Assembly (NCBI GenBank): GCA_030603245.1
Contig: JAUVYE010000002.1
Location: forward strand, 61-64,060
Length of the DNA stretch: 64,000 bases
DNA from: a bacterium
Lineage (GTDB): Bacteria > Patescibacteriota > Minisyncoccia > Minisyncoccales > DG-74-3
Direction: 5' to 3'
Below the pieces are notes generated by a model that saw only the letters and a program-made list of their open reading frames with translations, was not told where the DNA came from and ran no database searches. A program made the translations under genes and the position numbers. Below are positions 39,668-48,068 of this stretch, in pieces (within the stretch, counting starts at the first letter, position 1; the number at the start of each line of letters is the position of its first letter).

Positions 39668-40840
39668 ATGAAAATTAGAAACTCTTTTATTATTATTTTT
39701 TCTGCCTTTACTATTTTAATTAGTTTTGCTTTTGGTTTTTCTTTTGGCCAATTAGAATGCAAGGTTTGTCCTCCTGAAGATGTTGATTTTTCTTTACTTT
39801 GGGAAGCATGGCATGAACTTGAAAGTAAGTATGTCAATAAACAAGATTTTGATACTCAAGAAATGATTTATGGAGCAATTTCAGGAATGGTAGATTCTTT
39901 AGGCGATCCTTATACCATATTCTTCGACCCTGATGATACTAAAAGATTTATTGAAGACGTAAAAGGAACTTTTGAAGGAGTAGGAATGGAAATTGGAATC
40001 AGAAATGGACAGCTCCAAGTAATAGCTCCTTTAGAAGGAACACCCGCTCAAAAGGCTGGTTTAAGGTCTGGAGATAAAATTATAAAGATTAATGATGTTT
40101 TAACAGCTGATCTTTCACTTGATGAAGTGGTTGATTTAATTAGAGGGCCCAAAGGAACAACAATAAACTTAACCATTTATCGTGATGATATGAGTCAGGC
40201 AAAAGAGATTCCTATTGTTAGAGAAGTAATTCAAGTTCCTTCTTTGAAATTAGAAATGTTAGATGATAATATAGCGCATTTAGGACTGTATCATTTTTCT
40301 GAAAAGGCAAGTTTTGATTTTAGAATGGTTGCAATTGAAATTTTAACATCTTCGGCTGAATCAATAATTTTAGACTTAAGAAATAATCCTGGTGGTTATT
40401 TAGAGGTAGCTCAAGACATTGCTGGTTATTTTTTAGAAAGAGGTCAGATTGTAACTATTGAAGATTTTGGAAATGGGGAGCAAGAAGAATATTTAGCTCA
40501 AGGAACAGCTAATCTTATAAATTATCCATTAGTTGTTTTAATAAATCAGGGATCAGCTTCTGGTTCCGAAATATTAGCTGGTTCTTTAAGAGACAATCGA
40601 GGAATTTTATTAATCGGAGAGAAATCTTTTGGTAAAGGTTCTGTTCAGCAGTTAGAAACATTAAAAGGAGGATCTTCTTTAAAAATAACTGTGGCTAAAT
40701 GGCTGACTCCCAATGGAGATTCTATTACTGATCAAGGGTTAAAACCAGATATTGAAGTAGAAATAACAGAACAAGATTATGATCAAGAAATTGACCCTCA
40801 ATTAAACAAAGCCATTGAAATAATTAAAGAAATTCGTTAA
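39668..40840 (+). CDS. C-terminal processing peptidase (S41, Ctp/Prc family)
   Basis: About 390 aa from the ATG at 39668, because the track start at 39638 lies inside the tRNA. Signal/TM, PDZ (GLRSGDKIIKIN), GSASGSEILAG (Ser), SFGKGSVQ (Lys). Confidence 0.85.
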   Translation: MKIRNSFIIIFSAFTILISFAFGFSFGQLECKVCPPEDVDFSLLWEAWHELESKYVNKQDFDTQEMIYGAISGMVDSLGDPYTIFFDPDDTKRFIEDVKGTFEGVGMEIGIRNGQLQVIAPLEGTPAQKAGLRSGDKIIKINDVLTADLSLDEVVDLIRGPKGTTINLTIYRDDMSQAKEIPIVREVIQVPSLKLEMLDDNIAHLGLYHFSEKASFDFRMVAIEILTSSAESIILDLRNNPGGYLEVAQDIAGYFLERGQIVTIEDFGNGEQEEYLAQGTANLINYPLVVLINQGSASGSEILAGSLRDNRGILLIGEKSFGKGSVQQLETLKGGSSLKITVAKWLTPNGDSITDQGLKPDIEVEITEQDYDQEIDPQLNKAIEIIKEIR

Positions 40841-40857
40841 AATAGCTTAATAAATCT

Positions 40858-41304
40858 ATGAAAGTAATTCTTCTCCAAGATATTGAGAAGTTGGGTAAGA
40901 AATATGAGGTTAGGGAAGTAAAAAATGGTTATGCCAGGAATTTTTTGATTCCTCAAGGATTAGTGAAAATAGCTACTGATAAAGCTTTGGAATGGCTTAA
41001 AATTCAGAAAGAAGCAGGAGAGAAAAAAGCTGAACAAGCACTTAAAACAATCCAAGAGATTGCTTCAACCCTTGATGGTCAAGAAGTTATTATTTCGGTT
41101 AAAGTGGGAGAAGATGGTCAGCTTTTTGAATCAATCAGTGTTCAAAAAATATTTGATGAGCTTAAAAAAATGGGTCTCAATGTTAAAAAGAAGCAAATTG
41201 ATCTGGTTGAGCCAATTAAAGAATTAGGAGAATTTCCAGTTAAAATTAAATTTGATCACAACTTAGAACCAGAAATAACCATAGTAGTGAGCGAGGAAAA
41301 GTAA
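40858..41304 (+). CDS. rplI: 50S ribosomal protein L9
   Basis: 148 aa. [36 protein letters not shown]. Confidence 0.9.
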   Translation: MKVILLQDIEKLGKKYEVREVKNGYARNFLIPQGLVKIATDKALEWLKIQKEAGEKKAEQALKTIQEIASTLDGQEVIISVKVGEDGQLFESISVQKIFDELKKMGLNVKKKQIDLVEPIKELGEFPVKIKFDHNLEPEITIVVSEEK

Positions 41305-41332
41305 AAAGTCTATTTTTATTTTGATTAAAAGC

Positions 41333-41357
41333 AAAAAATCCCTTTTGGGGATTTTTT
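41333..41357. terminator. Bidirectional terminator between convergent rplI and rpmA
   Basis: AAAAAATCCC-TTTT-GGGGATTTTTT. Confidence 0.7.
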
Positions 41358-41379
41358 AAATATAATATATAGATTAAAT

Positions 41380-41652
41380 CTATTTGACGTCAACCACTTT
41401 AACTATTCTTTGAGAACCACCAAAACATTTTTTTCTTTTTGTTCTAAAGCTGACTGTTCCATCTTTAATAGCATAAAGCGTGTCGTCTCTTCCTTTTTTT
41501 ACATTTTTTCCAGGAAGGAACTTTGTTCCTCTTTGACGAATAATTATGCTTCCTGTTTTTGCTTTTTCACCAGCAAAAAGCTTCACGCCCAAATATTGAG
41601 GCCTTGAATCTCTTCCTAATCTTGATGTGCCTGTGCCTTTAGTCTTTGCCAT
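41380..41652 (-). CDS. rpmA: 50S ribosomal protein L27
   Basis: 90 aa. [24 protein letters not shown]. Confidence 0.9.
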   Translation of the reverse strand: MAKTKGTGTSRLGRDSRPQYLGVKLFAGEKAKTGSIIIRQRGTKFLPGKNVKKGRDDTLYAIKDGTVSFRTKRKKCFGGSQRIVKVVDVK

Positions 41653-41690
41653 ATAATGATATGATTATATATAGTTGAAAATATATTGAA

Positions 41691-41852
41691 ATGTTAACAA
41701 AAATCAGGTATTTTGTCAAAAAAAATCAAGATGATATAATATTATTTATAGGGATTATTTTGATTTCTCTTTTCTCTTTTGCTTTTGGTTTTATTATGGC
41801 TAAGCAGCAGGAAAAAGAACCTATTAAAATAGAGTATTTAAATGAAAAATAA
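41691..41852 (+). CDS. Possible 53-aa single-TM mini-protein (below the ORF-track cutoff)
   Basis: Hand translation: MLTKIRYFVKKNQDDIILFIGIILISLFSFAFGFIMAKQQEKEPIKIEYLNEK*. Its stop overlaps the uppS start by 11 nt. Confidence 0.3.
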   Translation: MLTKIRYFVKKNQDDIILFIGIILISLFSFAFGFIMAKQQEKEPIKIEYLNEK

Positions 41853-42543
41853 AATTCCTAATCATATTGTATTATTTCCTGATGGCAATCGGCGTTGGGC
41901 CAAACAAAAAGGATTGCCAAGTCTTAAGGGTCATTTAAAAGGACACGAAAAATTTAAAGATTTTTTAACATGGTGTCAGGAAAAAGGAGTCAAGATTGTG
42001 ACTGTTTTTGGTTTTTCAACTGAAAATTGGAAAAGATCTAAAAAAGAAGTCAATTATCTTATGAGTTTGTTTAAAAAAGGATTAAGCGAGAAAAAAGAAA
42101 TAGAAAAGTTTCAGAAAGCAGGGGTAAAAGTAAAAATAATTGGTCAAAAAAAGAGATTGTCAAAATCTTTACAAAAAGTAATTTCAAATATTGAGGAGTT
42201 GACTAAAAATAATAAAAAGTTTTATTTGAATTTGGCTGTTAGTTATGGTGGGAGATGGGATATTGTTCAGGCAATAAAAAGAATCATCAAAGAAAAAGTT
42301 CCTGTTAAAAAAATTAATGAAGATTTGGTTGGAAGTTTTCTTTCAACAGCAGGATTGTCAGCTCCAGATTTAGTTATTCGGGCTGGTGGAGAAAAAAGGC
42401 TTTCCAATTTTGTTCTTTGGCAATCAGCTTATTCTGAGCTGTATTTTTGTCCAAAACTGTGGCCAGATTTTAGTGAAAAAGATTTAGATAAAGCTTTTCA
42501 AGACTATGCTAAGCGCCAAAGACGGTATGGAGGAGATGCTTGA
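41842..42543 (+). CDS. uppS: Isoprenyl transferase (undecaprenyl-diphosphate synthase family)
   Basis: 233 aa. HIVLFPDGNRRWA and RAGGEKRLSNFVLWQSAYSELYF. Confidence 0.9.
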   Translation: MKNKIPNHIVLFPDGNRRWAKQKGLPSLKGHLKGHEKFKDFLTWCQEKGVKIVTVFGFSTENWKRSKKEVNYLMSLFKKGLSEKKEIEKFQKAGVKVKIIGQKKRLSKSLQKVISNIEELTKNNKKFYLNLAVSYGGRWDIVQAIKRIIKEKVPVKKINEDLVGSFLSTAGLSAPDLVIRAGGEKRLSNFVLWQSAYSELYFCPKLWPDFSEKDLDKAFQDYAKRQRRYGGDA

Positions 42544-42567
42544 CATTATTTTAATAAAGAGTATAAT
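42540..42567 (+). promoter_or_regulatory. Orphan consensus promoter (TTGACA-16-TATAAT) overlapping the uppS stop
   Basis: Perfect hexamers. No ORF starts within 230 nt downstream. Confidence 0.55.
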
Positions 42568-42572
42568 GACTA

Positions 42573-42689
42573 TGGGTTAGGAGACTTGGCTTGATATCGG
42601 TGTCATCCACATTGTCCTAGGACTAGTTCGCGAGATGGACACCTCACAAAGCCTTTAAGTCCCAACCCATTTATTTCTCAGTTTTTTTA
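42573..42689 (+). ncRNA. Candidate structured small RNA of unknown class
   Basis: GC-rich island in AT-rich DNA. The 5' TGGGTT.GG.GACTT.GGCTT pairs with the 3' AAGCC...AAGTC.CC.AACCCA. Inner GGTGTC/GACACC helix and a GTC-CTAG-GAC hairpin, with a T7 run at 42682..42688. Confidence 0.4.
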
Positions 42690-42799
42690 TAGCTCTTTAT
42701 AGTTCTTTATTTCGCAGACACGCGGCATACATTTTTTTATATTGTATGCCTCTCATCATTTGTATAATTTATATAGATAAAAATTAAATTAAAAAATAT

Positions 42800-43078
42800 A
42801 TGCAAAATACAAAATCTTTTTCAGCTGAACAAGCTAAAAAAATAGGAGAAGAATTAGGTATTGATTGGTCAAAGTTTGATGTAGAACAATTTAGAAGGGG
42901 AATGGATGTGGAATTAGAACATGGTTTGTGTGATTCCAACACAAACGTAAGCAATGATGACCCACTAATAACTGGGAAAATTGCTTTGGCTCACTTGAAC
43001 GAATTTCCTGACTATTACACTAGATTAGATAAAATGGAACAAGAAGCAGAAGAATATTGGGAAAAAGCGAATAAATAA
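42800..43078 (+). CDS. Conserved hypothetical protein (..MDVELEHG..IALAHLNEFPDYY.. motif)
   Basis: 92 aa, intact ORF followed by a strong terminator. Function unknown. Confidence 0.5.
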   Translation: MQNTKSFSAEQAKKIGEELGIDWSKFDVEQFRRGMDVELEHGLCDSNTNVSNDDPLITGKIALAHLNEFPDYYTRLDKMEQEAEEYWEKANK

Positions 43079-43089
43079 GAATTGTGAAT

Positions 43090-43118
43090 AAAAAAAATCG
43101 CCACAAAGGCGGTTTTTT
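43090..43118 (+). terminator. Rho-independent terminator
   Basis: AAAAAAATCGCC-ACAAA-GGCGGTTTTTT. Confidence 0.75.
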
Positions 43119-43223
43119 GATAGTTTGTTACTTTTTTACTTTTGATTCGTTATAAATGATGTAAGAATAAAAGAAGAATCTTTTATTTTAAAAATTATTA
43201 ATTAAAATATATTAAATAAAAAT

Positions 43224-44540
43224 ATGTTAAAAAAGATTATTGTTCTGCTCATCTTAATTATTGTTATTACTGGTCTAGCAGTTAATTATTTCTTAAACCT
43301 TGACTCTTTAGAAGACGAAGGCTCTTTAGAAGACGAAATCTCAGAAATGCTTAAAGAATTGAAACAGGAAATCGCAATAGAGGCAGATGTTCAGTCAACA
43401 GAACTTAAATGGATTGTTAATGTAGATCCAGAAATCAAAGACGTAAGTATAGAGGCAAAAGGATTTGAAGTAAAAAGAATATCAGAAGAGCAATATACAA
43501 AGATTAAATCTTTTCTAGAGAACAAAGGCTTTGAGAGAGACCCTTACAATATGCTTGACGGCACTTTTGTTGGATTGACTGGATATAGAAAAGACCAACT
43601 TGTTTGCACTGTTTCCGGAGGTACTACTGGATACAAAGAAGCAGAAGGTCAGTGGATTCCTTCAGAACCTGATAAATATGACATAACTATTAAGTGTGGC
43701 AAGCTGGAAAAGACTATTATGGAATATCAAACAGCTCATTGGAATAATTATGAGAATGAAAAGTATGGGTATTCTTTTAAGTATCCTAAACCTTGTCTTT
43801 ACGGTGGTTTGCCTGGTTATTGTAAACAATCACCACTAGAAGAAAGGCCTCGAGAGTGTTTCTGTTACTTTAATGCTGAAGATCCGAACAGCGTCTCATT
43901 GGGAACCTATACTGGTACAAAATCTGATTTAACCGGTGCTGCATTCGTTGTTTTCCATTCTATTTATGTTGATCATTATAGTCCTCCTGCTGGCACAGAT
44001 CTGGTTAATTGGGTTAAAGAAAACTATGCTTACTACGAAGACATTCCAGATGAGATAAATATGGAAATAGACGGAATACCAGCTTTAAAGGTTTATACTC
44101 CTAAATCACCTATGGCTTGGTCTCAGGAAGACATATATTTTATAAGGAATGATAAGGTTTTTAAGATCAGCATGTTAGATGTAGATAATAAAGATAATAA
44201 GGAACTATATACTAAAATGCTTTTCACTTTTCGATTCATAGAGATTTTAGAAAAAGAAACAATAGAGGTTATAATGGGTGATAATTTTCCCATATCTTTG
44301 GAAGCAAATCCTACCACTGGATATGAATGGGAAGTAGAGTTTGACTCTGATTACCTTGAATTAGTTAACAAAGAATATATCGCTGACTCAGACGAGTCGC
44401 TAGTCGGAGCAGGTGGTCACAGAATCTTTAACTTCCTTGCCTTAAAATCAGGAAACACCAGCATAAAGTTCTCTTATTTAAGATCGTGGGAAGGAAATGC
44501 TATCAAAACCCAGGTCTATGAGATAACAATAACGGAATAA
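43224..44540 (+). CDS. Membrane-anchored protein with a C-terminal chagasin-family (I42) peptidase-inhibitor domain
   Basis: 438 aa. N-terminal TM. The last ~100 aa read ..ISLEANPTTGYEWEVEFD..VGAGGHRIFNFLALKSG, matching the NPTTGY-W signature of chagasin/ICP inhibitors. Confidence 0.65.
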   Translation: MLKKIIVLLILIIVITGLAVNYFLNLDSLEDEGSLEDEISEMLKELKQEIAIEADVQSTELKWIVNVDPEIKDVSIEAKGFEVKRISEEQYTKIKSFLENKGFERDPYNMLDGTFVGLTGYRKDQLVCTVSGGTTGYKEAEGQWIPSEPDKYDITIKCGKLEKTIMEYQTAHWNNYENEKYGYSFKYPKPCLYGGLPGYCKQSPLEERPRECFCYFNAEDPNSVSLGTYTGTKSDLTGAAFVVFHSIYVDHYSPPAGTDLVNWVKENYAYYEDIPDEINMEIDGIPALKVYTPKSPMAWSQEDIYFIRNDKVFKISMLDVDNKDNKELYTKMLFTFRFIEILEKETIEVIMGDNFPISLEANPTTGYEWEVEFDSDYLELVNKEYIADSDESLVGAGGHRIFNFLALKSGNTSIKFSYLRSWEGNAIKTQVYEITITE

Positions 44541-44638
44541 ACAAGACTGTTCTTTGTTAAAAAACAAAATATAGATTATTTCCTATTTCTGTTCACTGAT
44601 TTATTGTAGAATAAAGAATATACTTTATCTGAAAAATC

Positions 44639-45214
44639 ATGATCAAAGAAATCAATGATAAAGAAATAGTAAAAAGCTGTCAGAAAGGAAGTTTACATGA
44701 GTTTGGTAAGCTTTATAATAAATACATTAAAAAGATTTATAACTTTATTTATTATAAGAGCTGTCATAAAGAAACGGCTGAAGATCTCACAAGCCAGACT
44801 TTTATTAAAGCTTTGAACAGTATAAGCACATTTAATCCAAACAAAGGTTCTTTTTCATCATGGCTTTATCGTATAGCTCGCAATAATGTTATTGATTACT
44901 ACAAAAACAAAGAGCGTGGAACTATTGATATTTATGATTTCTGGGGGTTAAGTTCAGAAACAAATGTTGCTTATGATATAGATGTAAAAGAGAAACTGGA
45001 TCAGGTAGAGAGTTATTTAAGGAAACTTAAAATGGAACACAGAGAAATTGTAATAATGAGAATATGGGATAACTTATCTTATAAAGAGATTTCTGAAATA
45101 ATTGGAAAGAGTGAAGCCAGCTGTAAAATGACTTTTTCTCGGACAATGACAAATCTTCGTAAAGAAATTCCTTTATCTTCATTACTCTTTCTCTTATTTA
45201 AAACATTGAATTAA
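44639..45214 (+). CDS. ECF-type RNA polymerase sigma-70 family factor
   Basis: 191 aa. Region 2 (..AEDLTSQTFIKA..WLYRIARN) and region 4 HTH (LSYKEISEIIGKSEASCKMTFSR). Confidence 0.8.
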   Translation: MIKEINDKEIVKSCQKGSLHEFGKLYNKYIKKIYNFIYYKSCHKETAEDLTSQTFIKALNSISTFNPNKGSFSSWLYRIARNNVIDYYKNKERGTIDIYDFWGLSSETNVAYDIDVKEKLDQVESYLRKLKMEHREIVIMRIWDNLSYKEISEIIGKSEASCKMTFSRTMTNLRKEIPLSSLLFLLFKTLN

Positions 45215-45237
45215 TCGGCAAGATTTTAAGCAAAAGA

Positions 45238-46641
45238 ATGAATAATAATTATAAAAAAATAGAAGAAATTTTAGAGGAATTATATTTGATTGATAGCAAT
45301 TTTAGACAGTATGATGGGGAATTGAAAAAGTTAATCAAGAAATTATTAGCAATCAAGCCAGATAGCAAATTTGATGATAATTTCAAAGCAGAGCTTAAAA
45401 TAAAACTGTTAAAAAGAATAGAAGAGATTAAAAGTCAGGAAAAAATTGGTATTAGTAAATTTTTCGATTTTCTTTTTAATCCAAAACTTTCTTATGCTTT
45501 TAGTGGTGCTATTCTTTCTGTTCTTTTACTCATTCCAGCAATTTATTATGTGAATAAAAGCGGATATTTATTTGGACAGCCTGAATTGGATTTAAGCCCT
45601 ATGTTTTCTATAGATTCTGTTTCAGACAATGCTTTTGGTTCTCTTAGAAGTATTGAACAGGTTCAGGAATTGGGAAGAGGGGGTGATGGTAGCATTCAAG
45701 AGGGCCAAGTAAGCGCTCCTCAAGTGATGCCTCCAGAATTTGTGAGTTATAATTATGTGTATAAAGGAGATGATTTAGTGCTTGAGCAAGATAAAGTAGA
45801 GGTTTTAAAAAGAAAGAAAGGAGGAGGGGAGCGTTCAGGTATTATGAATCTTGTTAATAGTCTGGATTTTGGAATTATGAATTTGTCTACGTTCAAGAAC
45901 AGTAAATTAAGCATGATTAGTTTTGTTCAGGATATAGATTTTGGATATGGAGTATCTGTGAATTTTTCAGAAAGCAGTGTTTCAATTCATGAAAACTGGG
46001 AAACATGGCAGTATGAAACAAGATCTGTGCCTACTCCTTTGGAAATTTCAGACGTTCCAGGTGATGAAAAGCTAATAGAAATGGCTAATAACTTTATCAA
46101 AGAGCATGGTATTAATCTTAGTATGTATGGAGATCCAGAAGTAGAGCACTCTTGGAAAACCAATGTTCCTGAAAGAATATTAGTTCTTTATCCTCTTGTT
46201 ATTAATGATTATTATGTTTATGATCAGTGGGGAAATAAGTTTGGACTTAGAGTTGATGTTAATATTCGAGTTATGAAGGTTTCTGGAGTATATAATCTTA
46301 CATCACAAAATTATGAAAAATCTCTTTATGAAGCTGAAATGGATTTTGCAGAAATTTTGAAAGTAGCAGGAAAAGGAGGAATTAGCCTAATGCGTTTTCC
46401 AAGTAGTGGAAAGACGGTTGATGTAGAAATTGGAACACCAACCCTTGTATATATGAAAACATGGAATATTCAAAGCACTGAAACAAATGAATTATTGGTG
46501 CCAGCATTTTTATTTCCAATTACCAAACAACCAGAAGAGGGGACTATGTATCAAAACAATATAATTGTTCCTTTGGCAAAAGAAATATTGTTTGAGAGTG
46601 AAAATCATGGTCCTGTTTTCTTGTTGGAGACAGAGCAATAA
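45238..46641 (+). CDS. Single-pass membrane protein, possible cognate anti-sigma factor
   Basis: 467 aa. Cytoplasmic ~85 aa, one TM (AFSGAILSVLLLIPAIYYV), large extracytoplasmic part. Follows the ECF sigma gene by 23 nt. Confidence 0.4.
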   Translation: MNNNYKKIEEILEELYLIDSNFRQYDGELKKLIKKLLAIKPDSKFDDNFKAELKIKLLKRIEEIKSQEKIGISKFFDFLFNPKLSYAFSGAILSVLLLIPAIYYVNKSGYLFGQPELDLSPMFSIDSVSDNAFGSLRSIEQVQELGRGGDGSIQEGQVSAPQVMPPEFVSYNYVYKGDDLVLEQDKVEVLKRKKGGGERSGIMNLVNSLDFGIMNLSTFKNSKLSMISFVQDIDFGYGVSVNFSESSVSIHENWETWQYETRSVPTPLEISDVPGDEKLIEMANNFIKEHGINLSMYGDPEVEHSWKTNVPERILVLYPLVINDYYVYDQWGNKFGLRVDVNIRVMKVSGVYNLTSQNYEKSLYEAEMDFAEILKVAGKGGISLMRFPSSGKTVDVEIGTPTLVYMKTWNIQSTETNELLVPAFLFPITKQPEEGTMYQNNIIVPLAKEILFESENHGPVFLLETEQ

Positions 46642-46654
46642 AACACTATTAGTA

Positions 46655-46681
46655 TAAAAATCGCCTAACAGGCGGTTTTTT
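46655..46681 (+). terminator. Rho-independent terminator (near-twin of 43090..43118)
   Basis: AAAAATCGCC-TAACA-GGCGGTTTTTT. Confidence 0.75.
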
Positions 46682-46696
46682 GATAGAATTAAAAAT

Positions 46697-47548
46697 ATGA
46701 TTAAAGATATTGTTATATCAAATCCAGAAGAATTAGAGAAATCGAGAAGAGCAATTTCTGAAAGTGGAGTTAATAAGCTCCACATTATAGCTGATTTTGA
46801 TAAAACTTTAACAACCGCTTTTGTTAACGGCGAAAAAATGCCTTCTATCATTTCAATTTTGCGTGATGGAAATTATTTGACATCTAATTATGCTTTAAAA
46901 GCCAATGAACTTTATGATAAATACCATCCAATTGAAATTGACCCAAAAGTTCCTTTAGAAGAAAAGAAAAAAGCAATGTATGAATGGTGGGCGACTCATT
47001 TTGATTTGTTGATTAAATCAAGATTGAATAAAAACGATCTAAAAAAGGTTATTGAATCTAGGAAAGCTAAGCTTAGACCAGGATTTACTGAATTTATTGG
47101 TTTTCTACGAACATATAATATTCCTTTGGTTATTATGTCTTCAGGAGGATTGGGTGGCGATGCTATTTCAATGTATTTAAAAAAGGAAGGAAAATTATAC
47201 GACAATGTCCATATTATTTCTAATTCGTATGAATGGGATAAAAATAATAATGCAATCGCTGTCAAACAACCAATTATTCATGCAATGAATAAAGATGAAA
47301 CTGCGATTCAAGATTTTCCGGTTTTTAATAAAATCAGAAATAGAAAAAATGTTTTGTTGTTAGGAGATAGCTTGGGTGATATTGGAATGATTCAAGGTTT
47401 TGATTACGAGAATCTGATTAAAATAGGGTTTTTAAATGAGAATATAGAGGAAAGTTTAGAACATTATAACCAAAACTATAATGTTGTTATTCTCAATGAT
47501 TCTTCTATGGATTATGTTAATGATTTATTAAAAGAAATGATAAAATAA
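46697..47548 (+). CDS. HAD-superfamily pyrimidine 5'-nucleotidase of the UMPH-1 / cN-III type
   Basis: 283 aa. HIIADFDKTLT (DxDxT), ..YHPIEIDP..EEKKKAMYEWW..MSSGGLG..LLLGDSLGDIGM..KIGFLN is colinear with my memory of human NT5C3. Confidence 0.75.
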   Translation: MIKDIVISNPEELEKSRRAISESGVNKLHIIADFDKTLTTAFVNGEKMPSIISILRDGNYLTSNYALKANELYDKYHPIEIDPKVPLEEKKKAMYEWWATHFDLLIKSRLNKNDLKKVIESRKAKLRPGFTEFIGFLRTYNIPLVIMSSGGLGGDAISMYLKKEGKLYDNVHIISNSYEWDKNNNAIAVKQPIIHAMNKDETAIQDFPVFNKIRNRKNVLLLGDSLGDIGMIQGFDYENLIKIGFLNENIEESLEHYNQNYNVVILNDSSMDYVNDLLKEMIK

Positions 47549-47564
47549 AAAATTCATTGCCATT

Positions 47565-48059
47565 ATGAGAAAAGCAACTTTGTGTTTGTTAATTAAAGAA
47601 AATCAGGGTGATAGGGAAGTGCTTTTGGCTATGAAAAAGAGGGGATTTGGAGTGGGAAAATGGAATGGAGTTGGAGGAAAATTAGATCCAGAAAAAGGAG
47701 ACAGAAATGTTATTGATGCTATTATTCGAGAGACTAAAGAGGAAATTGGAGTTCAAATAAAAAACTTAGAAAAAGTAGCTGTTTTAAATTTTTATTTCCC
47801 TCATGTTCCCCAAAAAGAAGGTTGGAATCAAGAAGTTCATGTATTTTTAGTGAAAAACTGGGAAGGAGAACCAGTTGAGACTGAAGAAATGGCTCCAAAA
47901 TGGTTTAAAGAATCAGAAATTCCATTTAAAGAAATGTGGGCAGACGATGAATTATGGCTTTCTCATGTTTTGAATGGTAAAAAATTAAAAGCAGATTTTG
48001 TTTTTAATAAAGAAGAAACCATAGACAGGCATAATATTAAATTTGTACAAGAGATTTAA
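47565..48059 (+). CDS. NUDIX hydrolase (MutT-like)
   Basis: 164 aa. Nudix box GGKLDPEKGDRNVIDAIIRETKEEIGV. Confidence 0.8.
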   Translation: MRKATLCLLIKENQGDREVLLAMKKRGFGVGKWNGVGGKLDPEKGDRNVIDAIIRETKEEIGVQIKNLEKVAVLNFYFPHVPQKEGWNQEVHVFLVKNWEGEPVETEEMAPKWFKESEIPFKEMWADDELWLSHVLNGKKLKADFVFNKEETIDRHNIKFVQEI

Positions 48060-48068
48060 GAATAAAAA

